DNA of 62,980 nt, filler included, from Sphacelaria rigidula (lineage: Eukaryota), in the NCBI GenBank assembly GCA_964200075.2. It is 11 parts of 11 records of this genome, joined end to end, with 100 filler letters (N's around TTAATTAATTAA, not from the genome) between each part and the next. Parts side by side here need not be neighbours in the genome. Positions count along the whole stretch, not along the records: positions 34,411 to 40,044 come from CAXNAA020025696.1; positions 40,145 to 45,778 come from CAXNAA020025697.1; positions 45,879 to 51,512 come from CAXNAA020025698.1; 8 more parts are not named here. One strand, written 5' to 3'. Position 1 is the stretch's first letter; each line of letters begins with the position of its first letter. Positions 36,728 to 50,513 of the stretch are shown here, one piece after another. Both the position numbers and the translations under genes were made by a program. Below the pieces are notes generated by a model. That model saw only the letters and a list, made by a program, of their open reading frames with translations. It was not told the origin of the DNA and did no database searches.

Positions 36728-37575
36728 TGCTGTACTATTTATCAGATATAGGAGGAATCAGTTCGCACCGGTTGCCGGTGGTATCAATGTCACCGACGTG
36801 ACGACAAAAGGACACCACGAAGTTTTCCATCTAGGTCGCCATGCCCATGCTCTTCGTGTAGTAGAGCCTTGTCATAGACCTCTTTCCGCCGCTCTCACAA
36901 CCCGGGCGCCGCTACGTGTGTGCATCTAAAAGTTAATTTGCTATGTGTGTCTTGACTTTACTGACGCATACCATTTCTGTGTATAAAACTTTCCGCGGGG
37001 AGTAATCGTAGGGCACAACTAGTAGCCGGTCGTCCTGGTGACTTAGTTGGTAACCTCGGAAACCTTGTTGTGCCGGTTGGGTCATTATCTGGGATATTTT
37101 CTGACATCATGCCCAGCAACAGTAGTAGTAGTGGAGAGCGACTGTAGATGTCGAGGGTACTCAAAATAGCTAATACTGTTTGCGCGTGGGTTTCACTGCG
37201 GTCTCAAGACGCTCAAGGCACGCCCCTGCGTGATTCGCGACGTGGAGCAATGTGCAGGGGGGTAGTACAGGCGCAAAATAGTGTTGCATCCAGTTCGTTT
37301 CGTTTGAGCTGATACGAGCGACGGTGGTGAGAGAACATGCGACAGCCCGACCAAGCAACGTGGCTCACCAAGTACTTATTATTATGTACATTTCGACTGC
37401 AGTGACTGTACTGCAGTATGCGTACATACCCTCCATCAGACTCTCTCTCACTATAAGATTCGAAAGTCATACAACTGATCGAACATCATCATATGATCTT
37501 TTCTTGTGCCACTACTCACTACTACTGTGAATTATCAACTACTTACTACAGGATGATATTGCAAGTTTCTCTCAC

Positions 37576-37630
37576 CGTCGAGGTCAAAAATCACACCGTG
37601 AATTGGCGGAGAATCTGTTGCGGGCGACAT
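37576..37630 (-). CDS. First exon of a HAD-superfamily hydrolase
   Basis: MSPATDSPPIHGVIFDLD(G) is HAD motif I, followed by donor G|gtgaga; later exons not identified. Confidence 0.65.
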
Positions 37631-38386
37631 GTCGATGGTGGTGCAACTTGGTTTTTGGAAGAAGAATGCGGGGTGGTGCCGGAGTTGATGTTCGGCGATG
37701 GCAATACGAAACCCAAGATCTCGCACACTGGACTGTTCCAATGTGGCAGAAGCGATCGAGTCAAGTATTTGCGTCACAATTCGCCTGTTCGGGTGCCAAT
37801 TTCTGCCGACCGCGTCGCCTGAGCGGTAATACAATGGAATCCCATACGAGCTGGGCCAGCCAAGACACGGATTTAGGCTTTCACAGCCACATCTTACCGA
37901 CACAGACGAGTTGGGCCGTGATCCACAGATAGATCGTATTAATCGTTTCATCAAGGAGAAGGTGCCCGTCTGCTCAAAAGTCTGGGCCGATCTTTTTTCG
38001 TTGATTAGACTCCATGTCTAATAATTCCTACATACCTTACGGAGATAACGTTTATAGTAGTACTAAAATCTACATGAATCCCCCGATCGATACATTCAGC
38101 GGGTGACGACGGTTGTTGGTGCGTGGGCTCTCCCTGGAGCACGGGGAGACGATAGGTACCCTACCTTCACCTAATTCGTTACGGTATCCACAGTATCTCG
38201 AGATATGGCGCACATTTGGTCCTACACTAAAATCAATACATCACGAGCAGAAGCACTCTTATAAAAAAACTACAGCTGGATGTATACTCCGTCTCAGTTT
38301 ATGAGAGTTGAGCTGTGAAATTCCGTATTATGGAGAACCTTTCTAGCGAATGAATAAAATAAATAAATATAACGTTGTTCATTTTC

Positions 38387-38500
38387 AACAGCCGATCATC
38401 GAAATTGAGGATGGAGCTTTCCATTGAGGATGAGAACCCGGATAATCGAAACCTTCGCTTCCACACAAAAGCTTCGGGAAAAGGTTCCATTCCTTTAATC
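38387..38500 (-). repeat. ATCGGCTGTT-family terminus
   Basis: Reverse complement of about 23020-23133. Confidence 0.8.
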
Positions 38501-38715
38501 ACCGGTAACTGTCGTCAATTAATTGCTACACGCCTAACAAATTTTGGATTCCGATATCCGAAATGTTGGGGTCCTACATGAAACAATTTTGAGGAATTCA
38601 GGTGATCCGATCGGATCGTCGAAATTCCCAGAAATGAGTTTCCAAGTCAGGGGCCCAACATTTCGATTATCGAAATCAGAATTTATATGACGTCTAGGTC
38701 CACTACTGTACCAAT

Positions 38716-39101
38716 ACAGGATTTTACAAATTTAGGATGGATTTTTTATTGGGGATAAACACCCGGAGAATTAAAATCTTTATATCCACACCAAATTTCC
38801 AAGTATGCTTCCACTTCTCCACTTGCTGGTTGCTTACGACTACTACACGCCATACAGATTTGAATTTCGGTAACCGACATGTCGGGGTCCTAGGTGAAAA
38901 ACTGATCTTGGGGGATGTGCCGTGTCCGATCGGACGCCAATATCGTTTTTTGATCTAGGACCCCGACATTTCGGTTATCGAAATCTGAATTTTGTCCGTA
39001 TCTACCAGCAAGTGAAGAAGTGGAAGCATACTTCGAAGATTTGGTGTGGATGTAGAGATTTTAATTCGCCACGCTTTCATCCCCAATTTGTAAAGTCCCG
39101 T
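38716..39101. mobile_element. Foldback element with ~170-bp inverted arms
   Basis: ATCCACACCAAAT..AAGTATGCTTCCACTT..CACTTGCTGGT..ATGTCGGGGTCCTAG mirrored on the right arm; the left end recurs at 16976-17035. Confidence 0.85.
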
Positions 39102-39354
39102 TTGCACTGTCGTTCTTAGTACTGTCTTCAGGAGGTGGTTCGTGTGTTATGTAGACTCATCGCTTTTTGACGATTGTACAGTATTACAGAGACTGCTTAG
39201 GAGCTGTGGCGGAGTAGGAGGCTGGTTGTATCACACACCGCTATCCTTTTCTTCCCTCGACTAATATTTCACATCTCAGACCTCTCAATGTCAGGAGTTT
39301 GTTGGTGGGTCCGAGTTTTTCCCCATATCTACACCTCTCCTTAGCTGCATGCAA

Positions 39355-39636
39355 TTTGAGATGTGAAATATTGAACCATCTACAATTTGCAACTCCTCTC
39401 AACTCAGGAGCTCTGAGATGCGGCAAGACCATCCGTACACCTTCCTGGGCTTTCTAAATGAAAGGGTATGATAAGGTGGCCCATTCGCATGTTGGGTATT
39501 TTCACCCATACACCTTTCCTTTGCATGTGTTTTGAGATGTGAAGTATTGACGTGTCAGTCAATTGCAACTCCTCTCAATTTGTCAGCTGTGAGATGCGGC
39601 AAGACCGTCCGCACACCTTCTTGAGCTTGCGAAATG
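39355..39636 (+). repeat. Tandem duplication, period about 176 bp
   Basis: TTTGAGATGTGAA..TTGCAACTCCTCTCAA..GAGATGCGGCAAGACC..CACCTTC occurs twice. Confidence 0.8.
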
Positions 39637-40817
39637 GTGGGGTGTGATGAGGTACATGCATAAATGGAGGGGGTGATGCGGAGATCGCCGTTGTGTTGTG
39701 TGTGGAGAGAATCCCATTGGTGACGTGTAACCTAGTGAACGGCTGTTGCAGGGGTAGTTCCCGGGAGCCCGGAACTCCCATGTCTGTACAGCCGGATCTG
39801 GAACCCCAAGATAGCAGGGATCTGTCAAGCGGACTGCAGTCAAGCCCTGGGGATCAACTCCAGTGAACTCGCTCGCGCTGGTCGAGCTCTCCCGAGTGAT
39901 GTATCCGCCTGAACCCCACGACTTACGGTCAATCCTCGACTACATAACACGAGCAAAATCATCGGCCACCTTCGACGGTGGCTATTATACACGGTTAGGA
40001 CAAATCATCACGACTCAAAATCACCAAATTCACGATTTCTTCTGNNNNNNNNNNNNNNNNNNNNNNNNNNNNNNNNNNNNNNNNNNNNTTAATTAATTAA
40101 NNNNNNNNNNNNNNNNNNNNNNNNNNNNNNNNNNNNNNNNNNNNGATTTGCTCACAGCTAGCCGAAAAACATTGCCCATCGGATTGGGGTCCGAAAAATC
40201 AATCAACGGGAGAAAATCGCCTGTAGATGGGCTGAAATCCTCATATTTGTAAAAATCGGGATTCGTTGCCATAAAAGTGGGTCTTAGCGGTTCTTCATTC
40301 GAAATTTCTTAGGACAACTCTCAAAAACTTGGACGCGATATCCAGACTTGGGGCATCTAGTGTCTCTGCTCGTAATATATTGATTATAGTATGGGAACTT
40401 ACTTATAAAAATCAAGCTCTTTACCTTTTCTCGTGTTTTTTTTTCCTTCATTCTTCTTCATTTTTTTCGTGTTTTTAGTGGAGTTTTGAGGATAGATGAA
40501 CATTGCTCGTAGACCTTACCTCAATTTTTGAGCTCAATTTTTATATTTGTGTTTTGAAACTTAGCATGGAGAACCACGAAGGTGTGCCGAATGAAAAAAA
40601 TGGGCATTCATTTTTTTTTTTCATGGAGGTTAGGGCGTTCTCGTGAAAAAATGATCTTTACCATCCTAGAACGCCTTAAATAAGCGAAAAAAAAATCAAC
40701 CTGACCCACTGAGTTTCGTGAATTATGCCCTAGCAAGGACCCACACAAAATTTTCAATATAAAAAAACCAAACGTGGGCCGGTGAGTGGCCTGGGGAATA
40801 CTGTTCCGAATTTATGT

Positions 40818-41004
40818 AATAATCAGTTTTCAGGTATCAGTAAAATACCCTTAACTCATGACAAGAAGAAAACTTTTGGTACATTCGTATTTTTTTTCTA
40901 ATTCCCTATGCGTTATCCACACCAAATTCGACGGTCCGACTCTAAATATTGGCCGGCTAATGGACCTGCATACCACAAAATCCGCCTCTAGGCTGGCCCA
41001 GCTC
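40818..41004. mobile_element. Sola-like TIR terminus (same family as 17206-17428)
   Basis: Ends GCCTCTAGGCTGGCCCAGCTC|GTAC. Confidence 0.65.
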
Positions 41005-42566
41005 GTACTTCACAGCAGCTCACAGCATGACAGTGACGCCAAACAGATTTTTCTTATTGTAGGGCAGGATACCGTACACGTAGGCGGCGATGAGTTTATC
41101 TGCTCGACATTACCGAGAATAATCAAGCGAATCGTTTTTTCTTGAGCACCTCTTTGAGGCAATTTCTCAGAGAACAAAAAGCATTTTGATGCTGCGGCGT
41201 CATGAACAACAGGCCATCGGCTGAGTGTTCAAGCGCAATCCTGCCATGTGTGTGTGCGATTACGTAGCCACAAGTGTCCACACCCGCCGCAGCCTATGCA
41301 CGGGAAAACAGTGTACCCGGGCAGATAACATGTTCATGGATACTGCGGTACTCTGAGCACTATACGACACACGGCCATAGAAACGCAAGGACCGGAATAG
41401 ACTTGTGGAATCACACCATCATTGTACTACGAGTAACGTTGTCTGCTGTTTGCTGTGCGGACTGTACACTCCGTACAGGGGACAACAGGCAACAAAAGTA
41501 CAGTACAGTAGCATTTTACTGTACAGGGCTTGTAGTGCCCTGTCCAGTTGACAAGTGGTACGATACAGGAACACTCCTACTACTCGCGCTGTCGCCTCGA
41601 TAGCCTGCACAGTACAGCTTACAGACAGCGTGGTGTCTTACACAACAACAGTGGATCAAGCGGAACTCTTGATAGCACGCAGCTGGTACGTACAGGCTGG
41701 GCCGCCCAAGAAGCTCGCTTTCCTTCAGCCCGTTCTGACTCAACATGTATCGCGACTTGAGATTGGATTTTCGCGTACCGTCAGTTTTGTGCCGCGTGGT
41801 GCCGCACAAGCTGTGGCACAATTCCCGAGCTCAATACAGTACTCAGTCGTTATGATATTTTGACATGATGTACAGGAAGTATATGCGAACACCAGGGTTG
41901 CACATCGGATATCGATAATCGATACGATTTCGATAAATATCGGCGATATGCCATATCGGTATCGGAGCAGGAGAACCGATATATGTGATATGTATCAATA
42001 TCGAATATCAATACGCTCGATCTTTTTGTTCATTGTTCGTCACATTAGCTCACTTCCTCGAAACCGTCGTCACAGGAAACGCAGGGGGGTTGGATTTCCC
42101 GAACGGCAGACCCCCAGTTGTAGAGCGCTTGCGAGTATAGCTGTAGAGCGCGGTTGCATGGTGTGCAAATGGATGCAGTATTTATTCGTAGGATAGGCGG
42201 CGACAGAGTGTACCCGTTGGTGCCTCGTGGGTTTGGTGATATGATTCAGCGGGGATGTTTACCAACGGCAACATACGGGTGGCATGACGGAGTAGATATG
42301 AGGTCACCATCACTGCGAAGTGCAGATAACAGTAGGGAACAGCTGTCCTTCGGAGTATGAGTAGATGGTACCGTCGCTTTGCTTTTCTTTCATGTTTGAC
42401 GAGTGTTGGATTTATTTTCCCCTACATCCATTAGTCTGAACATTCTAATTGTTGCAAGCTTAGTGGTTTTTTCTTCTTGGTTGGTGACATATTTTTTTGA
42501 TATATATACATTGGCGCCCAAAAATTAAAACTTGACGCATGCTGCCGACGTTTCCTGTTTTTGGTA

Positions 42567-43436
42567 CAGTAGCGGGCGGTCCAACTATTGAGGGGTGTTT
42601 GGGGGTTTTCCTCGCGTACTACTCTTCGATAGAACTCGAAATTGCTGGCGTCGGTAGATTTCGGTATTATAAACAAATTATCCTCGAAACACCGTGCCCG
42701 AGCCAGTGTTCGTTGGTGTTATCGGGCGAAACGAGTAAATATCCCTTTTATCAGGAGGGTGTTATCGACCGTGAAACACAGTTTTCGGCTCTAGTGCAAT
42801 GAGTAGGCAGAATGTGAAAAATAAAAAAGCTGTATCAATAGCACCATCCTCAACATAGATGATTGGCTGTTTGTACATGTTTTCATAAATATGATCGGGA
42901 TAGCCTCAATCGATCGAAAATGATACCGAAGAGTAATTATCTGGGCTGAAACGTGGCAGAACCCCCGATGACGGGTCAGCCCGCAAGTCTCTCAATATTG
43001 AGTACAGATGTTTCTTTTCTTGGAATGTGGAACGGATACAAATATCTTTAGATCCCCAGTGTGATAAGTGGTGGCAAGGGAAAAGAGCCCAAGAAAATCG
43101 CCAAGTACGAAAAAATCACAAAATGCCACAAAATAAATAGTTAGGCTACTCCTTATGTATCAAAAAATAAAAGTTGTTGAAAAGTGCATTTTATGATCCT
43201 TCTTCGTCGTTTTTCCCCCGAAAAGAGGGCTAGGCGGCTGTTGACACCTTGGGATGACTTGGAGCGCAAAGGTCCTCTGGAACCGTCTCAGCGAGTAGAG
43301 CAAGTCATCCCAAGGTGTCAACAGTCGCCTAGCCTTCTTTTCGGGTGAAAAACGACGAAGAAGGATCATAAAATGCACTTTTCAACAAGTTTTGGTTTTT
43401 GAAACATAATAAGTAGCCTTAGACCGCCCACTACTG
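42567..43436 (-). mobile_element. Tc1/mariner-type CAGTAG MITE with an interrupted TIR
   Basis: TA flanks at 42565-42566 and 43437-43438; reverse-complement match to 20986-21536. Confidence 0.9.
43144..43418. mobile_element. PIF/Harbinger-type (Tourist-like) foldback MITE
   Basis: TTA TSD (43141-43143, 43419-43421), GGCTACT/AGTAGCC ends, ~117-bp inverted arms. Confidence 0.9.
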
Positions 43437-45879
43437 TACTGAAAAACTTTGAAAACAAGGAGCGCGCATTTGAGTATGTGCATGTTCGAGGTTTGACACG
43501 TTTTCTTTTTCTAATGAATGTGCAGAGTAGAGGTATACGCTCATTCGATCGAAACACACAGAATAGTGGCGGCCGTAGAAATGAAAACAGTATGACTAAT
43601 ACCACACCCGGCCCGCTATGATTAACCACCTCTTGCACGATGACGAAAATGTATTCGTGAGACAACTGTATTACCACATGCCGCCGCCGCTATGATGTCA
43701 ATTTGCACACTACCCGCTGCTGTACATCATGTGTCTACTGCTTTCCAGTGGAAACTACCGTAGGTTGCGTAAGATACCACACCCTCAGGAGCGATTTTCA
43801 ACGCTCAAATACTTTCTCTCGACGAGATGGTGGCAACGCCGCCCAGTTCAGCCCTGGCATCGCTTCTGGTGAAGAGTAAGTGAGCTTTAAAAACCTGTCT
43901 AGGGGATGTGGTATCCTATACGACCTACAAAAATAGTGAGTGAGGGTGTCAGTGTGCCAGTGTACTGCTCGGTCTGGCACACTGCGGCTATACCAAAAGA
44001 GCCCTATATCGCATCGAATATCGATACTCGATACGTATCGTGTCATTTTCGGAATATCGACAAAAATATCAGTATCGGCGGTTGTGGCTCGATATTCTAA
44101 AAAATTATATCGATTTTTTTTCTCGGTCCGATATGCAACCCTGGCGAACACCTCTTCCTTCCTCCCGTGCGTTTTCTCTCTTTTCTTCGTGAGTTATTGG
44201 CGACGGAACATTTCAGAATAGTTTTCGGAACAGAATCGCCATAGCTCAAAACGGAGGAGAGGTTCGGTATTCGCACATACGTCCTGTGCATCGTGTTAAT
44301 TTTCATCGAAAACGATCCAAAATTGAGCGCAGGGAATGCGTTTGAATTTTTCGTAACTGGTCCACCTCCATATACTATAGTGCCGGTTGTCGACGGAATG
44401 ACGCATTTTCTTCGCTCAATTCTGGATCGTTTTCGATGAAATTTTGACACGATGTAGAGGACGTGTGTGCGAAAACCCCACTTTCCATTCCCTCTCTTCA
44501 TTTTTCTTCTTCGTGAGTTAGTGGCGAAGGGACATTTCAGAACAGTTTTCCGGAACAAATTGCCAATAACTTACGGAAAAATAAAAATAAAAACAGGAGA
44601 TGGAAAGTGGGGTGTTTGCACATACGTCCAGTACATCCTGCCAAAATTTCATCGAAAACGATCCAAAATTGAGGCAGGAAATTCGTTCCAACATTCCTGG
44701 TTGCTTCTTGGGCGACCCAGCCCGTACACAGCCGGTGGGTGAAGAGCTTTCATTCAGTCGAGCATGCGCGGTACTTGGTTGACAAAGAACCCATCACGAC
44801 TGTTGGCTTGTCAACATCGAGTGGAGAGCTCATCGCCGCCAACGTATGTTGTCTGCTGCCCCACGACAATATCTTTTCCTGCCCGCCCTGCTGTGGACTG
44901 CTGTGGAGTGCGACTGACCGTTGTTCCGTGTGTGCAGCATTTCGATTTGAAATTGGGTTGATTGTGGATTTGGTTCTGGAGGCGTTGGCGACCTGCGCAC
45001 TGAGAGAGAGAGAGAGAGAGGGAGAGAGAGAGAACGTCTCCGGGATTCACACAACAGCACAACTGTGCATGTGGTGTACAAGACGCAGCCTCTGAGTGGA
45101 GCATCCCAGACCGCAGCTCGTAGGTAGGTGGGGACATGCACATGTTTTTGGTGATACCTGCATTACTTTCACAGTCAAGAACATAAACGTGTATGTCCGC
45201 AAAGCTCATCTCACCTTGCAAATCAGGCCTAAACGCGGAGAAAAAGACCGGAGAGAAGAAATGGGCAGAAGAAGTCTGGGAGAGTGCCGACTGTGATGAC
45301 CGACACAAGGAGATTGACTTTACGGTGCACCCATAGGGTGAGTAAGCCCCACATAAGTAATATATGTATTGAATTAAATTATGTAGACCGTCAGTCATTT
45401 TCTGCGTCACGAACGGCAAAAAATCCCTACCAGTAGTGATTTGGTGCCGAACATATGGCGACATATCTCTCGATGTACCAGGAGGTCAGCAACGATCCAT
45501 AGCTTGGATGAAAGCCCTGACTATGGGTAATAGAGATATGATACATATATTATTATTGCCCAACGCGGGGGGATCCTTCATCATCAATTTTATTCTGAAC
45601 ATGAAGCGGATGATGTGGGAAACTACATTATTACCGCTCGATTTGTCTTCCCCAACACAGAAATGTTTTTTAGGGGTCTACACGTTACACGTTCACGTTC
45701 AAGGGTGTTTTCGTGAGATTGAGAGTAGATGATACGATTGAGAGTGGCTTTGATCATTCGCTGTAAGTGAGCCATTTTNNNNNNNNNNNNNNNNNNNNNN
45801 NNNNNNNNNNNNNNNNNNNNNNTTAATTAATTAANNNNNNNNNNNNNNNNNNNNNNNNNNNNNNNNNNNNNNNNNNNNT

Positions 45880-45971
45880 TTGTGACGGCTCAAGAGACAA
45901 CCAACTAGACTACTGACCAGTCAGCGCTGACTGGTCAGTAGTCTAGTTGGTTGTTTCTTAAACCGTCACAA
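45880..45971. repeat. 92-bp spacerless palindrome
   Basis: 46-bp arms with 3 mismatches, centre CAGC|GCTG. Confidence 0.95.
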
Positions 45972-47239
45972 GGAGTAGACGTGGAGTATGGCTCTATTGA
46001 CGTAAAAAATATGGCGGAAACACCCGGTGTTTCAATTACGGTACACTTTACGCAGCAGTTGACAAACTTGGATGTCTCAGATCTTCTCCTTTGGTACAAA
46101 AATTTATGAGAGTAGTACGGTTCGTTTTGAAGGGAAAAAAGAGAAGAAAAAATGAATGCGGGGATAAAAATGTCCATCCCCTGGTTTTCGGAACAAATTT
46201 GGCCATCAAGTCGGTGTTTGGCAATGCCGGATTCGAGAAAAACTATTGTTTTCCCTTATTTTCTTCTTCAGCCCATTGAAATACGTTTAGATAGTAATCT
46301 CCCAGAGTTTGGTGTTCATCGGTTACAATTACGGTACTCTGCGACGCACGTTGAGTGATGCCCCCTAGTCACCAGAAATCAACGATAACTACGAAAATGG
46401 AACACATAGAGCTAGGACGTCCCAGATATTTTCCTCTGGCACAAACCTTCACGCATCGCAATGCATCACAATGCATCACTCTCCAGCACCGAAGAGGGGA
46501 AGGAGTCAGCTCGGGGGGAAAAATCGCCTGTCCCCGGATTTTCGAAACAAAGTTGAGCATTCTTCATTCTCCGTGTTTGGTAACGCCGAGCTTAACGAAC
46601 ACGTTCGTAGAGCTCTACACTTTCTGTTTGTTTAGAGCTACCCAACCAACTGGAATTAGTTTCGACAAAATTCTCGCAACAGTTGGTGTTCGACGGATGT
46701 GACCGAGTTACAATGAAACACGTTTGCTGCCCCCCCGCCCCTCAAAACAAGTTTTTCACCAAAATCGACAATGACTACGAGAAGGGCAGACGCAGCTCGC
46801 AGACAGCAGCCAGCACAAAACAGAGCAAACCAAGCAGCGAAAACCTCGCCCAATCTTTCTCGGCGATAACCTTCCATGCCCTGGTCCCTTGCGGAGTAAC
46901 ACGTACGGCGAAGATATCCACGAGTGGCGGGTGTAGGCCGGGGGGGGGGATACAGCGTAGAACGTCGAGTATCGGGTGGTACGTACAGTACTGGCACCAC
47001 CTCTAACCGTAGTGCATGCAACATCTCCACAGACAGAATAGGCAGTGCCTCTATAAAGAGTATAAGTGCAGTCAAGAGCACACGTCGAGACAGCAATGAG
47101 CAGGCAAACGCCAAGTGCTTTGTCGGCGAAGAATGCGGCGAGAATAATACCGTTTCAAACGCAGCATAATTGAGAGCAGGCAAACGCCACTCCACCGCAC
47201 CAGCCTCTGGCTCTAGCTCCAGACACATGCGTTGTATCA

Positions 47240-47540
47240 CATACACGGAACGGCTCTTGACAGACTGTGAAACATCTGTCTCGTCAGTGTTCCATCTGTG
47301 GTCGGTTGCTGGCTTCTCCTTCTTCACGTAGTCCTTACAGGCCGCGGACAACTCCGGCATGCGATCTTCTTCGTCGGCCACACCACCCTGTCGGCCTTGT
47401 AGATGCGGTTGCTCACCTAGCCGCGGGTGCCTTCGAAGGATCAAGTCGAGCCATTTTCGACCTAAGCCTACTGTCGGGTCCTATGGCACCGGTCAGTTGT
47501 CGCTGCAGAGTGCCATGACCGCCTGTTTCAGGCCATCTCT
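47240..47540 (-). pseudogene. pogo/Fot1-like transposase fragment
   Basis: GRKWLDLILRRHPRL (end of CENP-B-type HTH) followed by WNTDET (first catalytic D motif); stops upstream. Confidence 0.75.
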
Positions 47541-50274
47541 ATTCAGGCTCGTTGACGAGCTGCGGCAAATTTCCGCATATCTTCGACGGAATTTTCTTCC
47601 GCCGTTGACAGTACAGTACCCGGGCCAACTCTGCCAGCCATGCCCACGCTACCTACCACTGACATGCTTCTGCAGCGAACCAAAGGAGATGTCATAGGTT
47701 TTTGCAGCAGCATGAGAGGTCATGCGACCGCTGCGTACCGCTTCTATGGCCTCTGCTGCACGTTCTGGGTCCATCATCACTCTGCATGTAAGGCACCCAC
47801 GCGCTTATGCGCAGTGCTGTGGGATGCCGTTTTATACTGCAAAAGGAACTTGCAGTAGCTCAAGAGAAGCGCTGTGCTCTTGTGTGCACACGCAGCACAA
47901 AGCAGAATGAAAACGATCAATATTTCACGGAGTTATGGGCGATTGAAAAAAAAAGGGTTAAGCACTGTTCCGTCTCAGGGACGTTTACTCTATCCTTCGC
48001 ACTAAATGATAGCCTCGCAGAAGTGTCAAGGGATGCAAACTTGTGAATGATCCTGCGCGGTACGAGGGAGAACGGGTGCCGAGACACTTCTCGCACGACA
48101 CGCTCGTTGAGTACCACACCCACACGGGTGGTCGCTGGTACACGTTGTCCGTATCTTGGAGCTTGCCTGCTGTACGTTCCAAACGAGTCGAACGACGTGC
48201 GTACGGTTTGAATAGGATTGTGATCGCGTGTGTTGTCGCGTCGTGTACCCGTTGTAAACCCGCCGATTCCCCGTGACATCCACTCGCGAACCGGTTTATG
48301 CTGTACTCATGTTGTTCAAGTTGTCGATGACCCAGCGACGCTCCAAAATACGGGTAACGTGTACTACCTTGTTGACGCCGCGTCCCGGTCGTGTAATGGT
48401 CCGACTGTCGCCATTAGGGTGGAAGAAACGGGGGTTCGACTCCCGATGCGTTGGGTTTTTTCTTCATGTATGATTTCCACCGTGGAAAGCGCGAGAACGT
48501 GAGTAAACAAGTAGTCGGCGGATTCGTGTGACGTGAGCTGACGCGGTGCGGGAGTGTTCACCCAATCCGCGAGACCAAATCAAGGGCGCGTACCGGGAAA
48601 AAGATGGGTTAATCCCTTGAGACCACGGACTCATCCCGAGGAAGGGGAGGGGTTCAAATTGTGAGAAAAAAAAGCGGCCACCCGTACCCGTTCCGCCCCC
48701 CGCCCCCCCCCGGTGGAGAGGGATCGTGTGGTTGGGAGGGTGGGACTTGAACCCTAGTTCGTTTCATTGCCCTCGTACCTACCTCTTGTCCTGTAAGTAG
48801 AATCCTTCGAGCCACGTTTGTCGTGAAAGGGGCCGCTCCGCGGCGTCGCTCCAGGCACGAAGATTCGCTTGACTACTACCCTCGGTTAAGTAGGTTGCAT
48901 TATCGTCCGTGGCCCAGAGGTCAGAACACGGGCTTTACAGGTTGAGGTATTGATTTATTTCGAGGATGAACCTTGGGAACCTTTATCAGCACCGAAATAT
49001 ATAGAAAACACGCACACACACACACACATGCACTCTCCGGCCGTGATGTGTGGCTTCGCCTATCCTCACAAGAATCCGTCTGTAATTTGTTAAATCCCGT
49101 GTGTATACCGAACAATTTCGACCTTGCTTAATTTCATACAAAGACCTATTCTAACTTGTCAAAACCCCCTGTTAACATGGGATCTGACAAATTGCCAATG
49201 TTTTTGTTGTCGAGGATGAGCGAGGCCACACGTCACAGCCGCGTAGTGCATGCGCATGTTTTTTTAATTCATTTCGACGGCTATGAAGGTTTTCAACGCT
49301 CACTTCAAAAAGAGTGGTCCGTTAGCATACGACAAATATACTCAGAACGTTGATCAAAGTGAGTACCCACCTTTCCCGCCCGCCTTCTACCGGGAAACCC
49401 CTCCGGGGCTATCGCTCTGTTATAACCAGAATGTCTGAGTTTAATCGGGGATGTGTACGTCTCCAACTTAGTGAGGGTGACATGCTGTATAACCTAACCT
49501 TTTATCCCCGCGGCAAACGTCCTGAAGGTCGCCGTCGATATTCTCCGACCAAACGTTCCACAGAGACACATTAACCCTGAACCTTTCTGCGAGATATAAT
49601 GTACATTCCTCATGCTCTGCTGCACTGTACGTTCGCCAGCGAGGTGCAGGGTGGCGACGACACGTCTCTACATGATGCAGCAGAGGTAGACAGCTCGTGT
49701 ATTGGAAGTTAATGTTTTTATCGTTTCAGCAACATGAGCAGGGGGTTTGGGCCATCCTCAGGCTGTTGTATGAAGCCATCGTTTCCGATTTGTAGGACGT
49801 TGTCGTCTGCTAGACATGTTTTGGAAGACACATCCTAGAGGTGATGTGTATTGTATGGCACGGCGTGTGTGTGCTCAAGTACTGCACTGCAGTGTACATT
49901 CGCGTCCTCGTGACAGAGCAGCTGGTAACAACGATAATCGCCCTCCCTCTCTCTCTCTGATCGGCTGCTATAATGTGTCTAAATCTGATCGATTCTTCTC
50001 GTCGTGTGTCTTTCTGGCGGGGCAACATATACATGAGCACTGCGGTACAGTCGCGGCACAGCGCATCAACCGAGACGGTCACGAACCTCGAATTCCAAGA
50101 TTTCCATCCGTACGAGCTGTTTTTGAGTTGGGAACGATAGTACGCAAGCATGTACAAAATGCATGACAGAATCGTGCTACGAATTGTGCTGCCAAAAACA
50201 GTGCACACAAGGCCCAAAACCGAAGAACAACTGAAGCAACAATAACATTACAGCAACGAAGCACTCGGGGAACT

Positions 50275-50285
50275 ACCACTACTAT

Positions 50286-50345
<60 letters not shown>
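50275..50345. repeat. (CTA)n microsatellite
   Basis: Directly visible. Confidence 0.95.
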
Positions 50346-50513
50346 ACACATGCACGCATGAATTGAACAAGTGTGTGAACCTTTTTTATGCTGCCTTGCT
50401 CTCAACGGGTGCACGGCTACATAACTATGGCCAGCGAGACACGCTCCAGTACTCTCTGTCTGTCTGTCTTTCGACTTCCGTAGGCGTGGTACAGCAAAAT
50501 AGCAGCACTCCAA

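Larger units (their letters stand above)
41893..44143. mobile_element. Non-autonomous hAT element
   Basis: TIR CAGGGTTGCA(C/T)ATCGGA (16/17), perfect 8-bp TSD GCGAACAC (41885-41892, 44144-44151), ATATCGAT-rich subterminal repeats. Confidence 0.93.
41694..44723 (+). mobile_element. Sola-like non-autonomous element, outer layer of the nest
   Basis: TIRs GGCTGGGCCGCCCAAGAAGC / GCTTCTTGGGCGACCCAGCC; GTAC at 41690-41693 and 44724-44727. Confidence 0.8.

Noticed and set aside
46656..47444. 262-aa ORF as an intact gene
   Set aside because: Only the first ~65 aa are pogo-like; the rest has no recognisable motifs
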